A stretch of DNA of 64,000 nt from Schizochytrium sp. TIO01 (lineage: Eukaryota > Protista > Bigyra: Labyrinthulomycetes). The DNA lies in NCBI GenBank assembly GCA_004764695.1, contig SMSO01000004.1:372001-436000 (forward strand), in the 5' to 3' direction. Positions within the stretch are counted from its first letter, which is position 1. Every line of letters starts with the position of its first letter. A model generated the notes under the pieces. It ran no database searches. It was given only the letters and a program-made list of their open reading frames with translations, and was not told where the DNA came from. A program made the position numbers and the translations under genes. Positions 1 through 12,406 of this stretch are shown here, one piece after another.

Positions 1-3000
1 GTAGTAGTATCAACAAAAGTCGAAATTCTAGCTCGCTCCAGGGCTAATCTGGGTTAGAATCCTTATCCTGGCGGTGAAGAGGCTGATGACTTATGCACTA
101 AACTCAGGCCCAAGATCTTCAAAAGGTCAACTTTGATTTCTGAAGAAAGAATTTGGATTTGGAAATAATAATAATAATAATAATCTTTCAAATCCAAGAC
201 CAAGGTGGTTAGAGTCTCGAGGTCCTCAAAGTCCAGAGACTTTCCACTCCCTCTCCTCTGCCGTCTTTTTTTAGACAGTTGCTCTTCAGTTGACTCTTAG
301 GCGTCAGAGGCCTCCCGGTGCCCCCTCCAAGCAGTTTTCCCTCGAGGTAGAGCCCCTCCACTTCCCAAGCAGCTCGCGCTCTCGTAGACGCTGCCGCTGG
401 CGTCGCCGCCGCCGAAGGTGAAATGAATTGAAACCGAGTGACAGATAACGCTGTGCCGCCCAAACGAAACGCGTCGCTGCAAGCGCGCTTCCAGAGGCGC
501 GCCTCCGAGGGGGCGAGCAAGTCACCGCGATGACCCTCTGCCAACGCCGGCTGCCCAACGCCGCAACCGGGCCGCGCCGAAGCTGTGCGCCGTCGATCGC
601 GATTTGAATTAGTTCAAACCAAAGTCGCTCTCTCCAAAAGCCTCCGCGCTCCTTCTTTTACCTCCTTTTAAACGCCCTTTTAATCCTCTGTCTTTCGCTA
701 ACTAAAATCTTTTCAAGGTCCTTTTAGTGCTCTTTCAAGGGCCCTTCCCCTTTCGCATTTCTTCTTTTCTCGAGCCACCTATGGTAAGTACTGCTGCTAA
801 GAATGGCCCTGGAGCAGGCAGGTTTCAAGAACCTGCGCCCGGCTTGCGCTCTGTCTGGCCTGGCGGAGCTTCGCAGCTCCTCCCAGCAAGAGGAAACTGA
901 AGTTCTTGCTTTTCGAGGATGGAGAAGGCAGACCATCTTTGGAGATGAAAAAATCTTCGGTACTGCTGTTCAAGTTAATTTGTTTGTTTGTTTGACAGGA
1001 AAAAATGAATAAATTCGCGATTGTGCTATGAAAGCTTAAATGACCCTTAGCAGAGGCTGCCAGTTTGAACGCGCACATCTCTCAGTGGTAGCTACTTTTC
1101 CCCTCTCTCATGATATATTTTAAAACATTGAGACGTCAATCTTCTCCTCTAATCCCCACTGAAGACATTCTGCTCTGAAGGCCATGCAGTGGAGCTGTGG
1201 GGCCTTACCCTCTTGAATTTTTTTCCCGCCGTGCCAAAACCGGGCAACAAAAGGTCTCTAGCATGGGATCCCTGATTCAGAAAAGCTCAAGATTGTACAA
1301 AACGCTTGTTCAAGCTGGTCTTGGCCTTTGTATCAAGTCATGGCCTCATCCCTTCATAATGGATTGAGCGAGGCTGCTCATGCTCTCGCCGTAGTTAGCC
1401 TGCAAATCTCTCAGTTTGTTTTAAAAACGTTTTATATTTTCCCTCAGCTCCTCCTATCCCCACTAAAGTGACTTCAGTCACATTCCTTCCCACATCTTCT
1501 CCTCCTAGACTATCTTTTCTGAGCAATTTTAGTTTTTTTTTTTTTCTCTTTTTTTTCCTATTTTAAATCAAGAGTCGAGGAGTGCGCTATCAATGCCTAA
1601 GGTTTATACTAACGTTAATATCGAAGGTTTAGTTGTCACACATTTGATCGACATCGATTGCGCTTTCCATGTGCAGATCAACATCGGGACCCAAACCCTC
1701 TATAGCTTAGATTTTTCTGAGTCCATACATACGAAAGGTCGCTAAAAAGTTTGCGTGGTAGCATCTCTGCAGGTTTTCCACCGCCCGGCTTTAGATTGAG
1801 CGAGATTGCATCCATTTTGGTCCGGCGGTTTAATGAGGTCCAGCAATGGCCATTTCGTTGTTGGCGGGCACAAGCGCTCTCAAAACGCGCTGGGAATTTG
1901 CGATCTTGGCCTTTCGACGTTTTTTTTTTTCTTTCCAAATTCCTCGGGCGCACCTCTTTCATTTGGCCTCGATTCGAGCTTCTTCCGGTTGCCGCCTATT
2001 TTCTTGACTTGCCGTCGTCTCGAGCATTACAGGCATGCCTACCTATTCGTGAGCAAGCGAGCGAGAGCGAGTGCTTTATCAAGCGACTTTGGGCAGGCCA
2101 AACTGCTCCACGAGAGGCAATTTCGGCTCCACTTATGATGGGCAATCGTGACCAGGGCGCATTTTTTTTCTTTCCGCTTTGCTGTTTTTCCCCTTTTCTT
2201 TGATTTGCCTCTTTTTTTTCTTGCTTCCTTCCATCCTACTTTTTGCGGGTTCCGCTGCCTCGACGACGTGCATTTGCAGGCGCGGTCACATCGTGATGGT
2301 GGTTGCGAAGGTTTTGTGCGAGTGACTTTGGGTGTATGCTTTTTGGCTGAGTTCTCTCTTTTATGCTCCTTCTGATATGGCCAGGCCTCGGAAATGCATG
2401 TGGTGCTTAATTTGCTCGTTGTCACAGCCTGCTGAGACCTGCAGACCAGCAAATCGAGATGTGTCCTGCAAGGCTATCCCTATTTGAAGTTTGGTTCTTA
2501 GTGTGGAAATTGTGTAAACGCAATACTAACTCTCGACTGAAATCGTGGTTATATGTGGCCTATTCCAGTAGTAGCCTTTAAACCCCAAATCTAGATCAAC
2601 GACACACCGGTTATTTTTGCAAAAAGTTATAAAGCTGTGTTCCTAGAAACTAGTTGGAAAGACACAGCCATCAATTGACTGGCGGCTTTGAAAAGAAGAC
2701 AAGGTTGGGGCACTCAAGCGAAAGGTGCAAAGTACCAACTTTAGCCATAATCCATCTTCGAAGCTATGGGGGTCGGGTTTGACCAAGAGGGTTGATTTCA
2801 TATGGGGCGCGTCGGTAGACTATATTTTCCTAGGGGTTGAAATTTACAAGCGTATCGGCGGAGACAGGCAGAGTAGTTTGTTTTGAAGTCGACAAAGGAA
2901 TGGAAGTATGGCCTACAAGGGCTACATAAACCAGAGCGTCTTTGGATCATGAAGCGCTACCACAGGAAACATAGAAACATTATAGGAAGGTGGACGGGAG

Positions 3001-3674
3001 ATGGATGCCTTGTATAAAGCGGAAGATAGCATCTGAATGAGGAAGATTCGGGCCTTCGGTTTATATTGCATGTAAAGAAAGGAGGAATTTAAATCAAATA
3101 GCCTCCACATAATGAGGAGAAAAGTATACATAGCTTGTAAAACAGAAACAATGGAGCAAAAGGAAGGCCTAACAAAAGCAGATGACATTTCTTGTTATTC
3201 AATCATAAACATTAGAGCCCATACACAAACACAAGCAAAAAAGAATTTGAAACGGTAAATATAGGCAAGGGTCAATAGTGACCGCAAGGCGAAGAATAAT
3301 GAACAATAGAAAATGAGAAGTGATGCGAAAGGACCCATGTCTACCGAGATCTCACTGCATTCCTCTTCATATTTCAAGCAACACGCTGCATTGCAATATT
3401 TTGTATCAACATTCATAAAAAGTTCATTCTTGCGATAAAGTTGTTGGTGTTCTGAAAGCCTGAATCTGAGCTATCAGCGATAAGCTATTTACCACTAAAA
3501 AGGGACGTGAAAAGGAAAGAAGGGCGAGGCAGGGAGGCGCCTTGCCTACATACATAAACTCGCAAAGTGAATATGCGAGGTGGGAGACTGGTTTAGCCTT
3601 TTGAAAGAAAGCGTTTTGTGGTGGTTGCAAAACAGATCTAGGATCTTTCGCAACTCATCACTTTTTCGTTTCAT

Positions 3675-4604
3675 TTACTTGAGCGCGCTACGAAGTTTTT
3701 CATACAGGAGGAAGAAGGATGAGCACCAGACGACCTTGCGTGCGCAAATGGGAATGAATCCCTTGTACAAAGCAGAGACACCCTCGTCGCGAATGATGCA
3801 TCTCAACGCATCGATGACACCTGTATAACGATCTCCAGAGGCCTGACCAGCTGAGTTCATGAGACGCGTCTTGATGACATCACTGGGAGTAGATACAAGA
3901 GCAGAGCAGACACCACCGATAGAGCTGGCGCCAAGGTGGGCGCCCGCGTTATCGCCAACGTAGGGAATGAGCATTTGCTTAGCATGATCATAGGTACCGA
4001 GCTCAGCAGCATTGACAAGGAAGGTGCGAATCACATTGGGTTTGATACCGGCCCAAAATCCAAGAATGCCGTCCTGACGGTAAACTTGTGCTGCAACGCT
4101 GGACATAGAGACCTTAATTGGCGAAGTCTGCATGCGAGTCTTAACAACCTCAGTCCAGTTGAAGATGGCAATGCTGATTGCACCTGCAGAACCACCAGAC
4201 AAAAGTCTCTGCACATAGTTTGCGTTTCCATCTTCGCCAACTCCTCCTGTGAGGCCCACGATCGTGTCACGGATGGGTTCATACAAGACGAGGCTAGAAG
4301 AGGTGTAGAGACACTGCCTGGTGAGCGCCGGTGTTAGTCCTCTCCAGAGTGCAGAAGCACCTTCCTCCCTCACGATTTTGGTCATGCAGTCCACCATTCC
4401 GTTGTACCTTAATGTTCCCTCCAAAGACTTATGTTGAACCTGGAGTCGAACCTTCGTTACATCAATCGGCAAAGTCGCCAGCTCCGCCACGCCTGCGGCT
4501 ACCAGTGAGGCCCCAAACCTTGACGCATGGTCACTACTGGCCTTCTCACGCATGGCCTCGCGGGCAATGCTGCCAGGCTCCTTCGTGAGCTGCTTCGACG
4601 CCAT
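3675..4604 (-). CDS. Mitochondrial carrier (SLC25) family protein, UCP/dicarboxylate-oxoglutarate carrier-like, 309 aa
   Basis: Three ~100-aa repeats with carrier signatures PIDVTKVRLQ, WTEVVKTRMQ and PSDVIKTRLM. Also EGASALWRG, DGILGFWAG and EGVSALYKGF motifs. NAAELGTYD is typical of UCP/DIC/OGC carriers. Confidence 0.95.
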   Translation of the reverse strand: MASKQLTKEPGSIAREAMREKASSDHASRFGASLVAAGVAELATLPIDVTKVRLQVQHKSLEGTLRYNGMVDCMTKIVREEGASALWRGLTPALTRQCLYTSSSLVLYEPIRDTIVGLTGGVGEDGNANYVQRLLSGGSAGAISIAIFNWTEVVKTRMQTSPIKVSMSSVAAQVYRQDGILGFWAGIKPNVIRTFLVNAAELGTYDHAKQMLIPYVGDNAGAHLGASSIGGVCSALVSTPSDVIKTRLMNSAGQASGDRYTGVIDALRCIIRDEGVSALYKGFIPICARKVVWCSSFFLLYEKLRSALK

Positions 4605-7600
4605 GTTGCCTAGACCTTCTCAAATCTAGACGCTGAGCGGCTAGAATCGCGACTTCTGTCACGGGTTTAGAGTTCTGCGTTTGCAAATTCTTGCAGTGCT
4701 TCTGCTTTGCCTTATTCTGTGCCTCTTGTCCTTCTTCTATTCTTCTTCTCCTTCTCTGCTTCTTCTTCTTCCCTTTTCCCAACTTAATAAATCTTGCTCA
4801 CTGCTACCCTTTCCTATGTACCCCTAATACCCTAAATCAATAAAAAAGAAAGAACTACCTACGTACCGGTTCGAAGTAATTTTGATGTAAGTCGAAGTGT
4901 TTTCTTCTTTCGAGCGGACCCTCACAAGTTAAATTTGTGCAGCAGCCTCCGCGTAGCCCTTCGTTAACGTACTCCAAGCTGCCGGATGGTTTTGCCCTCA
5001 GCAGCTTATTGCACCAACCTACCACACGGCTTGGGCGTCCACAATCGAACTTGAATATATCTCAATCGATCAATCAAGGTTCCCGTGCGCTAGCTTCTTC
5101 GCTAGCCAGTTCGCTAGTACCTTATGTCCTTACTTCCCTTTTATTTATGCATAAATTTGCCCTTGTCTTCTTCTTCTTTTTTCTTTTAATTTATTTTATT
5201 AAAAAAATAGAATAGAGTAGAAAAAGAGAATCTACAAAATAAAAGGTCCAAAAAAGCGAGAAAGAAAGAAAGAAAGAAAGAAAGCAGAGGCAGGCAGGCA
5301 ATAAAGGAGTACGCTCCAACTCCTTGATTGAATACGAAAGAATCCGCTGTCGTGAGAGCTTTCAACTCGTACGTGGCGCTGCTACGGCGCGGCTCTCAGT
5401 TGCCAGGGCAGGGCAGAGAGCGCCTCTTCCTTACAAGCCAACGAAATTAAAAACCTTCGTAGTTAAGTAACTTCGCTCTGAGAAAGAAAGAAAGAGAGAA
5501 AGAGCTTGCAAAGAGTTTTTTCCGCTCGAAAGGCGCGAATATATATGTATATAAAGTTTTCTTTCTTTCTTTCTTTCTTTCTTTTCCTTCGCTATGACCG
5601 CTCTTGCTATTGTTATCTTTGGATAACAATCGAAGCCGTCGCTGGCGCTCTAAGTAAGTAAGTAATCAATGAATGAATGAGTGAATGAATGAATACGCAC
5701 TTGCTCTCAAAAGCCACGGAGAGCCGAGCTCGGTCGCCGCAACCTTGCCGGCCACGCGCCTGTTCGCCGCCGCGGGCGGGCTCAGCCCGGTTTTACTTGC
5801 GGAGCTGGGTCGCGGGGCCTGCTGCCGCAGCGAGAAGAGGCAGGCGCTAGAGGGATGAGGGACGCCGCAAACTCTTGCGCCCTCGCTCCGCAAACGATCT
5901 CTCGACACAGGAGCCGCCTAGTCACTGACTACCCCCCCCCCCCCGCAGTACACACCCGTCCCCGCAACACTCGCCGGGTGCCCCCGCTTGAGCGGCTATG
6001 CGCCGTTTGAGGGTGGGAAATGGAGGGGTGGATATGGACTTGTGGAGGAGGTGGTTCTGCCAAGTGCCTCTAGAGGATGGTTTTTGGATTTGCTGGAGCG
6101 CTTTGGTGCCCAGGTAGAGAGCTTTGACGCCAAAGGTTTGAGATTGGAGACAATGTTTGGTTGAGGAGAAGGGCCGATCGAGGTGGCTTATCAGTGGCTG
6201 GATAGCTAGGCCTTTGCAAGCAGACAGATCGAGTGCTCACCAAGATTCGCACAGCTTATGACCGTTGCGGCAGAAGATGCGGTGCAGATGCGGCCGAGAT
6301 GCGATGTCCTCAGTTCTGCTGCAAATGCTTCTGCAGGACTTTATGGAGAACCGCGGGTAGATGTGAATTTCTTCAGAAATGCTTCAAGATTCTATCTATC
6401 CTTGATCAGCGAGTCTTCAGCCAGCTCAAACGGAGACTGTCAGTGGGATTCGAGTAATGATCCAACCTCTGGCCCGAATCGAAGAAGCGCGGCCAGTGAG
6501 TGAGTGACCTAACTTATGTATGTATCTATTCACTACCGAAGCAAAGAACCCAAATTCTCCAATCGAAGAGTTCTAATTCAACAGAACTGCCTGAAAACGT
6601 GCCTTCACCGAGCACCTCCCAATGTCTCGCAGCCAGCCTGAGCTGGGTAGGGTAGGTAAGTAGGTACCTTCTTTTTCTTTAGAAACCAGACTAAAAGTTC
6701 AAGTGCCTTGCGGTTCTTCTTGGTACCAGCCAGCACCTTCCTAAAGCCGTGCTAAAAAAGAAGAAGATGTATGCTTCTGCTGCTTCCACCACGAGAGAGG
6801 ACGTGAGCCTTTGTGATCTTGAACCCGGGCTACGGCCACGCCAGAGCTGCCAAGATCGCCGATACAGGTGTGCAAGTAGGCAGCTCGCCGCTCGGAGAAC
6901 GGCAGCCTGCCCTGCTCGCAAAGCTTTCTTATCAAGATGTGGCCGCCTCTCAGAGCTTGCCTCAGCCTGGCTGATCTGGAGCTGATATCCAACTCACCCA
7001 ATTTGCAAATGCTGCAGGCAGATGTGAGCAGGAATTCGCAGCTAGCAGAACTCCAACTTGAAGTCTACTAGCACTACTTTGGGCAGGTTCTTCCGCTTTG
7101 GAGCAGCACGTGAAAATGTGTCGGCACGTGAATGTTGAAATGAATTTGAGTTCTTCAGGTTAACCTGCTGCGAACTTTTTTTGTTTTATAACGAGCCGCG
7201 ATGCTTCGAATTGCAGGCAGTTGTTGATCTACAGCGCGAGAAGAGCGGAGGAATGAGGTATAGATCAATCGCTTGAGTGCACAAAATGTAGGCGTCTTCT
7301 GCCTGCTCTGCGCAGTTGCGAGTTTGCCTTGGGCTCGAGGTACGACTAGTTTTGGCAGGAAATGAACCTGTGTTCAGAAGGATTTCACGTTGGTGCTGCT
7401 TTGCTCTCTTTAGGCCCAGTTCATGAACATTTATTTATAAATTCGCTGGCGATTGAGGGGGCGACTCGAATTGGGGTACCTATGTAGCAGCTTCAGTGTG
7501 ATAGACCAGTCACACGAGTGGAATAATTATGGGTGCCTAGTTCGAGTAGGTCGCTTTTCTTGCCGATTCAAGCCCGAATATCGTGATGGAGATGACGCAG

Positions 7601-9470
7601 GCGCAATTATACTACTATTTTTCTTCTCTATCCAGTTATGTGTCTAATTCATGGCCAGGAAGAGGAGGACTTTGCAACTTGAAGAAGAAGCTATCGTTGG
7701 CTATTTTTGGACTGGCAAAGGTCCTTAGAGGAGTCAAGCGCGGCTTCTTTTGTGAGGACTCTCGCGAAGAGGAGCAGGTCAGACTCACTCTAGCGTTGCC
7801 GCTTGGAAGAGAATTTGCTCGTCCAAATGACTTGGTAGTACCTAGTACCTAGGTAGAAGAAGAAGTGAATATTATTATTATTATTTTAATTAAAAATAAG
7901 TTTTATACATTTTAATTAAGCCTGAGGTTGAAATCATATTTATCATCGAACTTTTAAAGAGAAAAAAAAATCCAACATTTTTACGAGTTTCTTTTCTCTT
8001 TTATTTGTTTTCGATGCTTTGAGGAATGTTTGTTAAAGATGTTTTCCTAATTCTCAAGTTGCGTTGTGCAATGTTCTTACTTCTTATGTTGCACGGTTAG
8101 ATTGCTCTTTCCGAGCGAAAAGCCTTACAACATTTCTTGGACATCACTACACAGTAGTATATGTATGTATTTTATGTATATAAAATCTTAACAATCAAGG
8201 CGAAAGAAAGCGAGGAGAAGGCTAGCGCAGGTAATTTTATTGAGGGTGACTCAGAAAGCTAACTCTGACTCTGCTTCAGACTGTGACACAGAGATTAGAT
8301 TTTAAAAATAAAATTAAAAATAATATTCACCCCAACACGTTCATGACTTGCTGCGACTTGACCACCTGCTTGCACACTCGAAAACTTAAAGCGCTACAAA
8401 AGAACTGAAACCAGTATACATGTGCTGCAAGAACATTTTAACATAAGAATGAATGGCAAATATAAACCATAATGCACCTTTAAGTCAAAGAAACCAAGCT
8501 CTCATCCAGCCGTGCACCAGCCACCTAGTCGGCCTGTGAAAAGTTTGCGGGGGGGAAGGCTGCCGATTTTTACCTGGTGAAGGCAATTGGACCCGAGCAA
8601 CGGCTTTTGCACGCATTTCTTGCTTGTCAAAGGCTGACTACTCTAAAATGTACCTATAAATCAATATGGCGGACCGTAACGATGTGACAGCAAACATCTG
8701 GACTTGGACTCAAAGTATGTATTGCGCCTAGAGGCGTGTAACTCTAAAGCAAACAGCACTTGTGGAGGGAGGGCCCATTACTGATTCATCAATAGTAGCA
8801 CTATAGTTCATTTCAATGCAATTCACTTCTTGCAGGTTTGCTGATGGGCAGTTTTAGCGTTTTTTGCCGGGACGATTCTGCCTCAGTAGTCATTTCTGTC
8901 CAAGTGGACCTCGATCAGGCCAACTTGTATGAGGAAAAGATCCACGAGGCCTCCCGGGACCTGCAGGCCTTCCCAAACCATGAGAGTAAAGGTTTCGCGA
9001 GCAGGAAAACTTGCTAAACTCAGGATCCAACTATCAACGGGAAGGTCATCGTGTTTTCGTAGAGAATATCTATCCTGTTCGTGAAAAGCTGTAGAAGACA
9101 GCTGATACCCAACGTAACTATCAGCCCGAAGTCTTTTGCACAACCCATTTTAATTCCTATAGTCACTACATATACCACCTAACTAAATATACTAAACATT
9201 TGTAATCAACTCACGGGTATTTTAAAAATTAAATAAATGATTCTCAGTGTTTTGTTTATGATAGGATGCCAGGTATGAATAAAATCTCATGAAACCCGAA
9301 CTCTTAATAATGGCTTCATTCAACTAGATTTGATCATTCTTCCTGTTTATTTTTAATTAGAACGAGATTTTTCTAAAAGGAATACCTAGTTTGTATTCGC
9401 CATATCTCAATTTGATATCAAAATATCATAATATGCACACAATTTCACTCTTCATAGCATTCGATGTATA

Positions 9471-9474
<4 letters not shown>

Positions 9475-9497
<23 letters not shown>
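9475..9497. repeat. (TA)n microsatellite
   Basis: Directly visible. Confidence 0.9.
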
Positions 9498-9501
<4 letters not shown>

Positions 9502-10624
9502 ATCTTTAGCTACCCTTATTCAATTCATGTATCTCACGCCACAAAGATTTAGACTCTGCCAATGAAATGTCACAGTTCATCGCTTACTCCCTGCCAAATT
9601 GCAGCGGAAGCATTGCGATAGCGTGAACCATTCAGAACTCCATTAAATTATGACGAAGTGCTGCATTTTATTATTCATTGAAGCTTTCAACGCCCCAAAG
9701 AATTTTACATTCAACTCCGAAGAAAATGTAACGCCCAGGCACTTCCATATTGGTCTAGAAGAGCATTCGCGATGAGCTGCTCATTGCTTTGGCTTGAAGG
9801 AGTTGCTTACGAGAGAGTGAAGAACATCGCTTTCTCCTTCCTCCTAAAGATCTCTACTAAGTCCTCCCTTTCAGCAGGCAGAACAACCCCCTTTGCCCCC
9901 AATTTGCGTTGCTCATATCCTCCTCACCCCATACGCCCGGCCCTCCTAAGCCCCCTAAAGCTCCTTATTCTCTAAAATGGGTTTCGGTCTACTTAATACC
10001 TTAAGGCGCTTTGTGCTGCCGCCACTGCCAGTCCTAGCTGCCGCTGCATCCTTTAGATAGATAGCAGTAGCGCTGTATAAAGTAAAGCGAAGAAGTCTCT
10101 GTCATTCATGTCTTCGCTGCTTGGCTCAAGCCCAGCCCATTCGAAGGTTGTGGCCAGAAGGTCTGTCAATCTGTCAAATCTCTGAGCTATCCTGCGACGA
10201 AGACGAAAGCGAAGATGGTTGAGCATCGAGCATTACGCTGCCATCACCAGATTGGATTCCGTACAACTACTGCTGTGTATTGATGCCCTTGGCAAACTGG
10301 AGCTATACTGCTTCTACAGTAGAGTATAGTTCTCTACAGTAGAGTATAGTGGCTCTCCACTATAGCCTATTGCTCAGGGCTATACACTTATTTGTCCTTA
10401 CGCTGGCCTAATTAATAGCGCTGTTTTTCGCTCCCTATGAGTACTAAGGCAGGGAAGCAAGTGAGCGAGCATAGCACCATCCAGCCTCCCGGCGCGCTCC
10501 GCACAGCCAGCTCGGTCGTCAGCTCGGTCGTCGCCGTGCCCTCCCTGTCCTTCGTGTTCTACATCGCCTCTCGCGCGTGAGTCTTCACTCTTCGTTGGTT
10601 TTTAAACGCTTCAGCATCAGCATC

Positions 10625-11197
10625 ATGAGCGGCCTTGTCAAGACCTTGGGCGCCGCGCTCGTGGAGACCGGCCAGGCCCTCCAGCGCGCTGGCCTTCGCG
10701 CCTCGGACCACGTTGTTGTCCCCCACGCCCCGTACCGCTTTGTTGGCGCCAAGCCTCCCGCAGTGCTCCAGGGCGCTGAGGTTGACCCGTCCGCCTCTCT
10801 CATTGGCTCCATGGTCCGCATTGGCGCTCGCGCGAAGATCGCCAAGGACGTCGTGGTGCTTGGCGAGGAGCAGGCCGTCAACGTCGGCTGCGCTGTCTCC
10901 GTTGGTGCTGGATCTGTTCTCCTTGCTTCATCCCGCCGCGCTGCCGCAAGCGGTCTTCCGGCGTCTGTAGAGATTGGCGTGGACGCCATCATCGGCGAGC
11001 GATGCGTGCTCGAGTCTTGCCTCGTGGGTGACGAGGCTGTCATCGGTGACGACTGTGTTGTCTCTGCTGGATCTTACGTTGAGGCTCGTGCTCACCTTCT
11101 TCCTGGTACCGTTGTCCCTGCGCTCTCAAGGATCCCCTCTGGTCAGGTCTGGGGTGGCAACCCTGCCGCCTTCGTCTCCGACGTCGAGGAGCACTAA
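10625..11197 (+). CDS. Gamma-carbonic anhydrase-like (left-handed beta-helix) protein, probable mitochondrial complex I subunit, ~190 aa
   Basis: N-terminus MSGLVKTLGAALVETGQALQRAGLR resembles the complex I gamma-CA amphipathic helix. Hexapeptide repeats are present, and the C-terminus has IPSGQVWGGNPA. First in-frame ATG is at 10625; the track's GTG start is upstream. No obvious Zn-binding His set, so likely the CA-like type. Confidence 0.85.
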   Translation: MSGLVKTLGAALVETGQALQRAGLRASDHVVVPHAPYRFVGAKPPAVLQGAEVDPSASLIGSMVRIGARAKIAKDVVVLGEEQAVNVGCAVSVGAGSVLLASSRRAAASGLPASVEIGVDAIIGERCVLESCLVGDEAVIGDDCVVSAGSYVEARAHLLPGTVVPALSRIPSGQVWGGNPAAFVSDVEEH

Positions 11198-12406
11198 GCG
11201 GCGAACGCGGCCCCCAAAGCCGCTTCCAGCCGAGCTAGCCTGCTTGATTCTCGACCTGCGTGCTTGAGCTGCCGTTTGCCCTGTCACCTGCGTGCACCAG
11301 CTTGTCCGCTCCTCCGATCTGCTTCCTGCCTGATAGTTTGCGAGAGAATTTGCTTTGCGTTTTCATGTTTTGATTTGAGGTCCTCATCTCGCGAAAGATA
11401 TTTTGGCATATCTTGAGAACGACTTGTTTGGGACTGAAAATGAAAACTAAGCATTTTGGCAAAGATCTTAATCGCAGAGGGTTGTAGTCAAATGTGGCGG
11501 GTTGGGCTGAATTGAATTGAATTGAATTGAATTCTTCGCGATGGTGTGATGGCTCCGGCAGTGCTGTTAATGCACGTTGTGCTTGCTTGCTTGCTTGCTG
11601 GTTAATGGCTGGGGCGGACGAAGATGCCGTACAAACGCTAGCTCGCTAGCTCGGTTTGTTGGTCAATTGTACGCCAGATCGATCCATTGATCCAGCGCCG
11701 GGCTCGCGAGACCTACCGCTTATGTAAGGGGCTGGTCTTGGTCGGGCGCGCCGGAACGTCCTGTCTCTCTACTCGGTCAGCGCCGACCCGCTCCCTGCTT
11801 GCTCCGCAGCCCCCCTTTTTTTCATACCTACTACCTACACAATATCAAAACTAAGCTAAACAAAGCCTCACATCTTTTGAAGACGTACTGCCTAACTGCT
11901 GTGTGCTTAATTTTTTCCTTGAGTCCAATGTGCAATAATTCCTCAATTTCCCTTCACAATTCTGCTTGATATGTATGTGGACCAGCTTTTTTTTAAGTGT
12001 CAAAATCATCACAGAGTATCACATCAGAATATTCTTAGTCAATTTTTTAGTCTCCTCAAAACTAGAAACCTTAGTTGTTGTGCCAACCTACTTGTCAGAG
12101 TTGCATTGCAGTTCTGTAGTTTATTTACCGATTCGCCAAGCCAAGCTATTATTCGAGAGTCGCAAGGCGTCTTTTTTCATGTTCCAATAATACATCTATT
12201 TTTTTGCACTATTCTAAAGTGGGAAAGGGGGCTTGCCTTGTATGGTTATTTCGAAGAAAAGTCGAAAGAAAAATGAAAAATAAGACTTGAGCAAACTGCT
12301 TCATTTTTTAAAATAACATCTTTTTTAATTGGAATGATTAGGAACAAGGAGATTGGATGCGAAGTGACGCTACGATATCATATACTTTTTAGTTCACAAC
12401 TCTCTT

